Source: a virus. From it: a DNA stretch of 64,000 nt. The notes beneath the pieces are model-generated. The model made no database searches and had not been told where the DNA came from. It saw nothing but the letters and a program-made list of their open reading frames with translations. The DNA lies in IMG/VR virus record IMGVR_UViG_3300025876_000006, positions 1-64,000 of that record; one strand, 5' to 3'. Below are positions 40,117-48,437 of the stretch, piece after piece; the stretch's first letter is position 1; each line of letters begins with the position of its first letter. The translations under genes were made by a program, and so were the position numbers.

Positions 40117-40734
40117 TTATTTGTTTCCTCTGAATTTACGATTTGAATCTCTCCAAACCTTTCTTTTTGTTGCTTTCTGAAAATTTTCGGTTGGCATAAA
40201 CAATGCGACCTCCCAGAACTTTGGAGGAACTAACATCATAATTGTTTTTACCTGACTAAAAAGATATTTTTTATATGCAGGTTTAAAATATCTAAATTTC
40301 ATACTATCATTTAGTTTATCATATGAAACTCTAAATTTTGTTCTTACGGCAGAACCTGTTGTATTTTCATCAACCTCCTGAAGCATAAATGTTCTCATTC
40401 GATCAAACAGTTTTGCTCTATCATAAGGATGAAGGTAATGTAAATTTATTCCATAGAAGCCATCTTTAACAGTCTTCACCGGTATTACTAAAGGGAACGT
40501 ATCATAATAGGGAAGTGTTTTAGCATGCTTTGGATCATACCCATACATAAACACTCGACCAGGTATAATTTTTGGTCTTTTTAGTAAAGCGTCATCTGTA
40601 ATAATCCGCCTTGGGTTTCTAACAGCTCTGAGATATTTTAAGTTATCAAAGAACCACTTTTTGCTTTCCTTTGTATATGGGCCGATGCCAGCTGCAATAG
40701 CTTTATCATATTGTTTTTCAAAGGTGCTTGCCAT
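40117..40734 (-). CDS. DNA end protector protein (T4 gp2-like)
   Basis: YGYDPKHAKTLPYYDTFPLVIPV...GFYGINLHYLHPYDRAKL matches my recollection of the gp2 family core. Adjacent to gp4. Confidence 0.5.
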   Translation of the reverse strand: MASTFEKQYDKAIAAGIGPYTKESKKWFFDNLKYLRAVRNPRRIITDDALLKRPKIIPGRVFMYGYDPKHAKTLPYYDTFPLVIPVKTVKDGFYGINLHYLHPYDRAKLFDRMRTFMLQEVDENTTGSAVRTKFRVSYDKLNDSMKFRYFKPAYKKYLFSQVKTIMMLVPPKFWEVALFMPTENFQKATKRKVWRDSNRKFRGNK

Positions 40735-40740
40735 ATATTA

Positions 40741-40748
40741 TATTTATA
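40741..40748 (-). promoter_or_regulatory. T4-type late promoter motif TATAAATA (minus strand)
   Basis: Forward-strand TATTTATA 7 nt upstream of the start at 40734. Confidence 0.45.
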
Positions 40749-40751
40749 ATT

Positions 40752-41198
40752 TTAGGTTAAAAGCTTTATTCCTAGACCTTTAATTGTTTCCTCTGTCCAA
40801 ATCGCAAACTTATATCCACGCTTGCTACACCACTTCTCAGCAGCTTCCCATTTACTAATATTCTTAGCATATGTGGTCACTTCATTTATATACTTTTTAG
40901 TTTTACGTGATCTAACCTTTGGTTCCTCGGTTTGTTTCTTTGGTTTAATCTCAATTAAATAAGTATCGCCTGTATTAAAAGTAACTTTAAGATCTGGAAA
41001 ATATCTATGTTGTTTTCCGTCTGTTTTGCAACGATAAGGAATAATATCTTCTTCGCTGCTCCATTTTAGAACTTGAGATTGAGTGTCGCACCACTTGAAA
41101 ACCTGCATTTCCCAATGTGATCTATACTTAATCTTAGTATAGTCTCCTGCATACTTAGGAATGTTCTTTGGTCTAAATCTGCCAGAATAATACTTCAT
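40752..41198 (-). CDS. gp4: head completion protein (T4 gp4-like)
   Basis: YSGRFRPKNIPKYAGDYTKIKYRSHWE...W.SEE.IIPY...DGK.HRYFPD...IEIKP matches the gp4 family pattern. Confidence 0.65.
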   Translation of the reverse strand: MKYYSGRFRPKNIPKYAGDYTKIKYRSHWEMQVFKWCDTQSQVLKWSSEEDIIPYRCKTDGKQHRYFPDLKVTFNTGDTYLIEIKPKKQTEEPKVRSRKTKKYINEVTTYAKNISKWEAAEKWCSKRGYKFAIWTEETIKGLGIKLLT

Positions 41199-41205
41199 CT
41201 TTCCT

Positions 41206-41213
41206 TATAAATA
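41206..41213 (+). promoter_or_regulatory. T4-type late promoter motif TATAAATA
   Basis: Exact motif 17 nt upstream of the ATG at 41231. Confidence 0.5.
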
Positions 41214-41223
41214 ATAATAATAG

Positions 41224-41231
41224 TATTTATA
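41224..41231 (-). promoter_or_regulatory. T4-type late promoter motif TATAAATA (minus strand), back-to-back with 41206-41213
   Basis: Forward-strand TATTTATA. Serves the minus-strand gp4-like operon. Confidence 0.45.
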
Positions 41232-41980
41232 TGAGCTTATATTTTCCAGAAAACATTCAAGAGCAAGGCGGAAGACCAGTTATAACATTTACTTGTTTAC
41301 AAGGAGGAAGTGGCGGAGGCACAAATGGATCTGCCACTTTCCCAGGTCCTGTTGGTTTACAAATATCAGATTCTGCTAATTACGGAGGAGTTGAATTAGG
41401 AGCATTAGGTGGGACTGCGTTAAATACCTTTGAATCTTCTGGATCAGGTGAAGTTAAAGGAGCGGTTGATAAAGTTAAAAAACAATTAGGAGCGAATGTT
41501 GGGAGTCTTGAAAGCGCTGGTAATACTGCTACAGCGCTTCTTAAAGGTAGTCTGGGTAATGTTGGAAAAGCTTTTGGTATTGCACGAGGTGTAGCGGCTA
41601 ATCCTAATACAACAACAGAATTTACAGGAACTAATGTTAGAAGCTTTTCTTTTCAATATAAACTAGTTCCATTTTCTGAAGGAGAATCTCGCTCAATTAA
41701 AAGTATTATTGACTTATTTAGAATTAATTTATACCCTGAAGGCGAATTATTATATTTAAAATATCCACCAAAATGGAGTATATCATACGCAGTATTGAAT
41801 GGTAAGCAACCACCAAACCTTCCAAATTTTGGAGAATGTTATTTAACGTCTTTTTCAACAACATATAACGGCGCCGCCAACGCTTTCTTTGAAGATGGTA
41901 ACCCTGTTGAATATGATATTAATTTTACTTTTACAGAGACCAAGGCTCTAACTCGAAAAGATATTTTGGAAATTGGTTAA
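41231..41980 (+). CDS. baseplate/tail-tube junction protein (gp48/gp54-like position)
   Basis: Late promoter upstream, Gly-rich N-terminal half, neighbours are baseplate genes. No firm motif. Confidence 0.4.
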   Translation: MSLYFPENIQEQGGRPVITFTCLQGGSGGGTNGSATFPGPVGLQISDSANYGGVELGALGGTALNTFESSGSGEVKGAVDKVKKQLGANVGSLESAGNTATALLKGSLGNVGKAFGIARGVAANPNTTTEFTGTNVRSFSFQYKLVPFSEGESRSIKSIIDLFRINLYPEGELLYLKYPPKWSISYAVLNGKQPPNLPNFGECYLTSFSTTYNGAANAFFEDGNPVEYDINFTFTETKALTRKDILEIG

Positions 41981-42001
41981 TACTATTACATATAAATCAT
42001 C

Positions 42002-42994
42002 ATGGCTTTACCAAGAAAAATAAAATATTTAGATTACTTTGATACCGTCGAATACGACTTTAGCGGCAAAGGCGATTTTAATACAGTTATTGATATTACT
42101 AAAAACATTATCATTAAAGATAAATCAACTAGCGTCCGCTATTTAAAATATTCAATTAAAGATGGCGAACGGCCCGACACTGTTTCTTTAAACTTATATA
42201 ATGATCCACAATATTATTGGCTTTTCTTTTTATATAATAATTCATTGAGAAATGGTATAGAAGGTTGGCCTCTTTCTAATTCTCAATTTGATAGAATGAT
42301 TGAATCTGAATATGACGGGTATAGTTTTATTTGTCCAGAGCCGATGCCAACTATATCAAATTCTACAAGGCATTCACAGAACTATTTCTTTCAAAAGTTA
42401 CCTCTTAATAAAAAATATTACTCTTCTATTAATATATATGTAAAAGACATTAATGATGACCTTCAGAAAAGCGATTTAAAAATTAAAAATGTTGATAATA
42501 ACCGATTTGGTATTATACTTGAAAAAGGAACAAATAATTATATAACGGAATTAGGTATCGGAAATAAAATTGTTGATAATGCTTTTCAGCCTGAGTCATT
42601 AGGAATTATATATTTAGAAGCAGATAGCTCGCCTCTTGGACAAGAATGGTTAGAAATTATTGAAGAATCTACATTTAATCAAACAATAACCGAAGGTGGC
42701 AAAACTCTTATTCCTTTATATTATAACATCAGATTATCTCACGAATTTTTGAAAAACGCGTCTTATCAATATTATGATAATTTTGTACAAGGAGAAACGT
42801 TATTAAATCAAAAAATAATTTCTCATTATGATGTAGTTACTAATGCAATCTATAATCAAGAGATATCTTTTCCTCAAGAAATAACATTTATTGAATATGA
42901 AAGAATAATTAATGAGCGCAAGAAAGACATTATTGTTCCTAAGAAAGAATCTTTATCTGACTTAACATATCAATATAGAACTTTACTAACATAG
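42002..42994 (+). CDS. baseplate wedge protein (gp53-like position)
   Basis: YSIKDGERPDTVSLNLYNDPQYYWLFFLYNN resembles the LysM-like N-terminus of gp53-type proteins. Near-consensus TATAAATC at 41991-41998. Confidence 0.4.
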   Translation: MALPRKIKYLDYFDTVEYDFSGKGDFNTVIDITKNIIIKDKSTSVRYLKYSIKDGERPDTVSLNLYNDPQYYWLFFLYNNSLRNGIEGWPLSNSQFDRMIESEYDGYSFICPEPMPTISNSTRHSQNYFFQKLPLNKKYYSSINIYVKDINDDLQKSDLKIKNVDNNRFGIILEKGTNNYITELGIGNKIVDNAFQPESLGIIYLEADSSPLGQEWLEIIEESTFNQTITEGGKTLIPLYYNIRLSHEFLKNASYQYYDNFVQGETLLNQKIISHYDVVTNAIYNQEISFPQEITFIEYERIINERKKDIIVPKKESLSDLTYQYRTLLT

Positions 42995-42999
42995 TATAA

Positions 43000-44577
43000 A
43001 TGGGAATTTTAAATGTAGATAAGGATCGGCCTGAAAACCATAGTCCTAAAACGCTTGATGCTGATGGTAATTCAACAGTGCCAGCTTCATATGAAATCGT
43101 TAAAATGGTTTTAATCAATGAAGATGGTATTGAAGAAGAAAACTTCAGTAAAATTGTTTCATCTATTAAAATTATTGAAGAAATATACTCTCCTATTATT
43201 ACATGTAAAATTTCAGTGTCAGATGACGATGATTTTTTCCAAAAGTTTAAAATATCTGGAAAGGAAATTTTAAAGTTATCATTAATAAAGAAAACCGCAA
43301 ATGATCAACAATCAATTGATCTTACTTTAGTTTCTTTAGAATATCCAACATATACAAAGTCTGCTGATGGAATTCACATTCAAGAATATGATATTATCTT
43401 TATAACACCATTTGGCTATTTCAGTAAAATTCAAACGATATCTGAATCTATTGAAGGAAACATATTTGATATTGTTAAAGAATTATATGAAAGTAAATTA
43501 GGAGTTCCAAAAAGTAATATTCTTGTTAATGGGACATGCCCTCATAAAATTAAAACAGTTCTAACAAAGAAGACTCCATTACAAGCAATTTCATGGGTCC
43601 TATCAAAAGCGTTTTCTGATGAAGGCGGATCTCAATTAAAGTTTAGCCCATTCTTTATGTGGCAAACAATAAACACTCAATTTAAAGATAAGATTTTAAT
43701 TACTTCATGGGAAAAGATTCTTAACACAGTGGCTGAAGGAGAACCTTATGTTTATAAAAAGTTTTTTGAAGGAAAGCCTGGAACTGATGAATATCAAAAG
43801 GATGTATTACACACAATAATATCCTTTTCGTCATCTTTAAAATTAAATAAGCTAAAAGAAATTAGCGAAGGCGGTTATGGCAGCCAATTAAATGTTTTTG
43901 AATATGATAAGAATTACGTTGCGGCTGAAGAGGTAGACGCTAATTTGTTTATTCCTTCAGAAGAACTTAACGATCCTAAGTATTCAATGGATAAGTTTCA
44001 ATCTCAGGTTACTAAAATTTTAAAAAATAAAAAAGGAAAATATAAAGAAACTATTAATAATAAAAGTACGCTTGGTAGCACGTTTAGTTTCTCTTCTCAA
44101 AATAATAAAAAACAAAGTAACAATATATTTACAGGTATTATTTCATCTGCCACAGGAGGAATTAAAGAAGCTATCATTAATGACGCTTTTAAAGCGAAGA
44201 GCTTAGCAAAAAATAAAGATATCTTTTTACATAAGCCCGCTCCTTTATATGAAGACCTCCCGCCCGGGACGCTAACTACGATTGATATTAAAGAAATTTA
44301 TAGTCAGCGTGAAATGTTTTTTAAATCTTTATCGGAAAATATTTCTCACTCATGTACTTTATATGGAGATTTTAATTTAAATCCAGGAAGAAAAATAACA
44401 ATTAATATTCCTGCGGCAGATGGCGGTAAGTCGATAGATGGCGGTAAAGTTGGTATAACCGATTTAGATTCAAATTTATCAGGCGATTATACAATTGCAG
44501 TTGCTATTCATATATTTAAGAATGGTGAATATACAACTAAATTGAAATTAATTAAACCGCTGCAAACTAAAAAATAA
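43000..44577 (+). CDS. baseplate hub protein (gp27-like position)
   Basis: 525-aa ORF immediately upstream of the gp5-like gene. Assignment rests on synteny only. Confidence 0.4.
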   Translation: MGILNVDKDRPENHSPKTLDADGNSTVPASYEIVKMVLINEDGIEEENFSKIVSSIKIIEEIYSPIITCKISVSDDDDFFQKFKISGKEILKLSLIKKTANDQQSIDLTLVSLEYPTYTKSADGIHIQEYDIIFITPFGYFSKIQTISESIEGNIFDIVKELYESKLGVPKSNILVNGTCPHKIKTVLTKKTPLQAISWVLSKAFSDEGGSQLKFSPFFMWQTINTQFKDKILITSWEKILNTVAEGEPYVYKKFFEGKPGTDEYQKDVLHTIISFSSSLKLNKLKEISEGGYGSQLNVFEYDKNYVAAEEVDANLFIPSEELNDPKYSMDKFQSQVTKILKNKKGKYKETINNKSTLGSTFSFSSQNNKKQSNNIFTGIISSATGGIKEAIINDAFKAKSLAKNKDIFLHKPAPLYEDLPPGTLTTIDIKEIYSQREMFFKSLSENISHSCTLYGDFNLNPGRKITINIPAADGGKSIDGGKVGITDLDSNLSGDYTIAVAIHIFKNGEYTTKLKLIKPLQTKK

Positions 44578-44583
44578 ATTAAT

Positions 44584-45516
44584 ATGATAGAAGGATTTGC
44601 AACAGCCGTGGTTGAAGATGTTAACGACCCATTAAGTATGGGCCGAGTAAAAGCTCGATGCCTTGAGTATCATACAACCGATATGTTGGCGCTTCCAACC
44701 GAAGATTTACCTTGGGCTACATGTTTACTTCCAGTGGATAGTGCCGGTGTTGCTAGCGTTGGCTCTACCAATGTTCAACTAATTAAAGGATCATGGGTAA
44801 CTGGTTTTTTCAGAGACCCGGGTGATTATCAAGATTTTGTTATTATTGGAGCATACCCTAAATCCAATAGTGAAACCGGCATGGGAGTGAGTGGTGGAAC
44901 ATCTGCGGCAACAGGCGGTTTTGTTGGAGCCAATAGTGGATGGGATGGGTTCCCTGCTCCGGCGACTGTAGCTGGTAGTCCAGCAGAAAAAATAATTTCA
45001 CTTTGTAAAAGCCAATTACAAGTAAGAGAAACAAGTGGAAATAATCAAGGACCAGGGCTGCAAAAATATTGGGATTCTGTCGGATGGGATGGTTATTCTA
45101 GTCGTCAGCCATGGTGTGCAGCATTTGTAACATGGATTGTAGAACAAACAGGCGTATTAGAAGATAAAGATAGACCAAAGACCGCTAGTGCGTTTGCTTA
45201 TAGGCAATGGGCTAATAAACACCCTCACCTTGCTCAACGCAGAGTTAATCCTCAAACCGTATATGCGGGTGACATTGTTGTTTTTAAATTTTCTCATATT
45301 GGTATGGCTATTGAAAACTCAAATGGCGGATATGTGCAATGCATTGAAGGTAATACAAACGCAGCAGGATCACGTGAAGGCCATGGCGTTTATATTAAAA
45401 AACGAGCTCTAAGTTTAATTACAGATTCAATTTCAATTGCAGCATCGCCTGAGAGGGGCGGTATGGCTCCAAGTGGAACTATAGCAACTGGTCAACCCGG
45501 GACTCCAACTGCATAA
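44584..45516 (+). CDS. gp5-like baseplate hub OB-fold domain fused to a CHAP/NlpC-type cell-wall hydrolase domain
   Basis: N-terminal GFATAVVEDVNDPLSMGRVKARC...LPWA (gp5/gpV OB-fold pattern). C-terminal QPWCAAFVTW...GDIVVF.FSHIGMA...CIEGNTN (Cys/His CHAP-like). Confidence 0.65.
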   Translation: MIEGFATAVVEDVNDPLSMGRVKARCLEYHTTDMLALPTEDLPWATCLLPVDSAGVASVGSTNVQLIKGSWVTGFFRDPGDYQDFVIIGAYPKSNSETGMGVSGGTSAATGGFVGANSGWDGFPAPATVAGSPAEKIISLCKSQLQVRETSGNNQGPGLQKYWDSVGWDGYSSRQPWCAAFVTWIVEQTGVLEDKDRPKTASAFAYRQWANKHPHLAQRRVNPQTVYAGDIVVFKFSHIGMAIENSNGGYVQCIEGNTNAAGSREGHGVYIKKRALSLITDSISIAASPERGGMAPSGTIATGQPGTPTA

Positions 45517-45529
45517 ATAAATAAAGAGT

Positions 45530-46432
45530 ATGGCAGAATCTGAAAACATTTCTCCTGGGCAAATCGAATTTAATTTGCCTACGAGTATGGGCGCCTTAGA
45601 GTCTTGCTCTCAAACCGTATCATTAAGGAAGACCTTAGGTGGCCATCAGTTTGTTGAAGATAATACTTTAGCAGTTGAAAGAATTAAAAGAACTCACGCC
45701 AGCGGAACTTTTGAGGAGTTTACTCCAGAAGGTGGAAGGACTGTTGTTGTAGAAGGCGATGATTACACTGCAGTATTTAAAGATAAGACAATTGTAGTAA
45801 GTGGTAACGTTACAGTTGTTATTGGCGATTCGTGTAACTTAAATGTAACAAATGATTTAAATATTAATGTTGGAGGAAACATGAATGTTAATGTTAAAGG
45901 TAATGTTGATACTCGTGTTGATGGAAACGATTTTAAAGCAGTTACGGGTGATGTTGGTTTAAAGACTGGACAAAATTATAAATTAAATGTTCATGCTGAT
46001 GCTGAGGAAACTATTAATGGCGCTCATCGTCATAAAGTACTTGGATCAGAATTTAATTCTTACGTTGCCGGTAATAAAGTTGGATTCACTGGTATAAATG
46101 ATACGCAGGTTATTAATGGATCAAAAGTTACGGCTGTTCCTAATGGAGCAATAACACTTGCAGGACAATCCTTTGACGCTGGAATAGCAAATGGTATTAA
46201 TTTTGATTGCGGCGGCACTTTTCGTTTTTCAGGTAGTGAATTATTTGTTGAACAAAAAACATGGCTGCTTGATCAGCTTGATGTTGCTGCTGCACAACAA
46301 AACCACTCAACTCTTGAAGCAGATGGAAAAATTACCGGTTACGCAGATGTATTTGGTCCGGCTGTTTCTCTATCATCACACATCCATCCGTATGGTGGAG
46401 TTCACGGTTCTTCAACTGGAGGCCCCGCATAA
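45530..46432 (+). CDS. central spike beta-helix protein with HxH apex motif
   Basis: Repetitive VxGNxxxxV beta-helix-like segment (GNVTVVIGDSCNLNVTNDLNINVGGNMNVNVKGNVDTRVDGN). C-terminal SSHIHPYGG resembles the HxH iron-binding apex of P2 gpV / phi92 gp138 spikes. Confidence 0.6.
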   Translation: MAESENISPGQIEFNLPTSMGALESCSQTVSLRKTLGGHQFVEDNTLAVERIKRTHASGTFEEFTPEGGRTVVVEGDDYTAVFKDKTIVVSGNVTVVIGDSCNLNVTNDLNINVGGNMNVNVKGNVDTRVDGNDFKAVTGDVGLKTGQNYKLNVHADAEETINGAHRHKVLGSEFNSYVAGNKVGFTGINDTQVINGSKVTAVPNGAITLAGQSFDAGIANGINFDCGGTFRFSGSELFVEQKTWLLDQLDVAAAQQNHSTLEADGKITGYADVFGPAVSLSSHIHPYGGVHGSSTGGPA

Positions 46433-46441
46433 TTAAATAAT

Positions 46442-47977
46442 ATGGCTATTAATGTAAATGGGTTTGGAAACAAGCTAAGTGGGATAGGTTTAAATCAAGC
46501 TATCTCTCAAGTATCTTCCGCCGGCGATTGTTTTAAGGATATTGATAATCTTGTATTAGATAATGCGCAAGAGCAAGTTTTAAAAGCAATTTCGGAAATT
46601 CCAGCAGCTAAAGACTTAAGTAAAAATATTGCTAAGATGCAAGAAATGTCTGACACCGTCAAAAAGATGGGTGATGAAATAAATGAGTTAAAAGAAAAGA
46701 ACTTATCTGACTTATTAAAGCAAGCGGCTGGCGCCGGTATTCTTGAAAGGATTCCACTTATTGCGAATATACAATCAAAATTCGGAGATGCTGTTGAAGA
46801 TTTAAACAGTTTAGTAGATAACATTACATCTTTTGATCCATGTAGTATGGTTAATTTTAAAGTTGATGCAAATGGTAATGCAAAAGAAATTCCTGCACCA
46901 GGTAAATTTTTAAATGAACAGCCAAAACCCTTTCCGGCTTTTACTCCACCGGTTAATGTAAACTATGCGGCTGAAGAAGCTAAAGCCGATTATCGACAAG
47001 CGATGGCTAGAATGGGCGATGTTGTTAACGATAAAACAAACGTCTCAAAGACTGAAAGCGGAATGAGTATGATGTCAAGTTTACAATTTATTGGGCGGGA
47101 TTATCATGATTCATTAGCAGGAACAAGAGCGCCCGAGGTATTACCATATGCTACAGAACGTAGTCAAGATCCTATAACTGCTTTACAACAAGCAGCAGAT
47201 GAAGAACTGAGAAAGAATGAAAAAACATGGAGTTCAGAAGATAAGAAAGAGTTTAAAACTAGAGTTACTCAATTAACAGATCTTGGAAATAAAGATGGCT
47301 CAATAATAGGTAAACACTTTCAAATTAAAAAAGCGGAAGAAGGCCCTGAATCATGGACTGGTAATAACTTCTTTAATATTCCTGATAATATTCTTTCACC
47401 AACATCAAATAAAAAGGCGGGTGATAGTAAAATAACAAAGGGAACTGTTTCAATAGGTGCTTTAGCATCAACTGGTATAACAATCTATGGTGGTCCTGAT
47501 TGGAATTATTTAAGATTCCTTTTAATAGCTCCTGAAGATCGTCCTCAAAAACTAATTGATTATTGGATTGACGAAAGAAATAAAAATATTGAAGAAGACA
47601 CTAATAGATTAAGTAACCAATTTGGAATTAAATTGGGAACTCGTAGTTATAATTCAATGTTTATCGGCGTGTATAATCAGGAATTAAAATCTGGATATAG
47701 TGTATCAAGCACTAAGTTTAAAGGAGGAACCGTTTTACAATTAAAGAATAGAGATGGTTCTATATATGATCCTGCTGGAATAAACTCAAAGGGATTAGTT
47801 ACGGTTGTTGATGCTGCAGAAGGAATTAAAGATTTTTCATTATTAAATTTATATGTTGGAGCTGAACATGTTGAAGCATATAGTAAAACACAACTACAAA
47901 GCGTTCAAGCATACTTATATTCAAGTGGAACACAAGTATCATCATTATATACAACCGCCCAGGAAAAGTGGGGCTAA
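46442..47977 (+). CDS. baseplate-associated structural protein, unknown function
   Basis: 511-aa ORF in the baseplate operon. C-terminal GLVTVVDAAEGIKDFSLLNLYV faintly resembles a 3D/DPBB-type domain. Confidence 0.45.
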   Translation: MAINVNGFGNKLSGIGLNQAISQVSSAGDCFKDIDNLVLDNAQEQVLKAISEIPAAKDLSKNIAKMQEMSDTVKKMGDEINELKEKNLSDLLKQAAGAGILERIPLIANIQSKFGDAVEDLNSLVDNITSFDPCSMVNFKVDANGNAKEIPAPGKFLNEQPKPFPAFTPPVNVNYAAEEAKADYRQAMARMGDVVNDKTNVSKTESGMSMMSSLQFIGRDYHDSLAGTRAPEVLPYATERSQDPITALQQAADEELRKNEKTWSSEDKKEFKTRVTQLTDLGNKDGSIIGKHFQIKKAEEGPESWTGNNFFNIPDNILSPTSNKKAGDSKITKGTVSIGALASTGITIYGGPDWNYLRFLLIAPEDRPQKLIDYWIDERNKNIEEDTNRLSNQFGIKLGTRSYNSMFIGVYNQELKSGYSVSSTKFKGGTVLQLKNRDGSIYDPAGINSKGLVTVVDAAEGIKDFSLLNLYVGAEHVEAYSKTQLQSVQAYLYSSGTQVSSLYTTAQEKWG

Positions 47978-47985
47978 TTTTTTAT

Positions 47986-47993
47986 TATAAATA
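47986..47993 (+). promoter_or_regulatory. T4-type late promoter motif TATAAATA
   Basis: Exact motif 9 nt upstream of the ATG at 48002. Confidence 0.5.
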
Positions 47994-48001
47994 AATAATA
48001 T

Positions 48002-48433
48002 ATGAACACCATTCTGTCAGACTTTAACTCACCTGGTTATTCGCCAAAGGTTATTTCAGAAAGATATTATAGTGATATTAGTGATAGTTTAACTCACCCA
48101 ATTTCTGGCAGAGTTATTTTAGCAACCGATATTGACGCTATTAAAAATAGTATAAGAAATATTATTTTAACTCCAGCAGGATCACGAGCATTTAATCCTT
48201 CATTTGGGACTAAAATACAAACCCTTTTATTTGAACATCCTACTCCGGTTACGGCAATTTCTATTAGAAGCGAAATCAAAATTGCTTTATCTAGACTCGA
48301 ACCAAGAGTAAAAATAAAGAGCGTTGAAGTTTTTCAAAGACAATTTGATACAGATTACGACGTATCAATAGTATTTATAGCAGGATATGATACAGATGAA
48401 GAAGTCACATTTACATTAAACAGATTAAGATAA
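48002..48433 (+). CDS. gp25: baseplate wedge protein gp25 (GPW/gp25 family)
   Basis: ILTPAGSRAFNPSFGTKIQTLLFE is the family signature. 143 aa. Confidence 0.85.
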   Translation: MNTILSDFNSPGYSPKVISERYYSDISDSLTHPISGRVILATDIDAIKNSIRNIILTPAGSRAFNPSFGTKIQTLLFEHPTPVTAISIRSEIKIALSRLEPRVKIKSVEVFQRQFDTDYDVSIVFIAGYDTDEEVTFTLNRLR

Positions 48434-48437
48434 TTTT

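Noticed and set aside
42995-43002. TATAAATG resembling a late promoter at the start of the 43000 gene
   Set aside because: The motif overlaps the start codon itself, so a transcript initiated from it would lack the ATG. This is probably chance in AT-rich sequence, and the gene is likely co-transcribed with the upstream genes.
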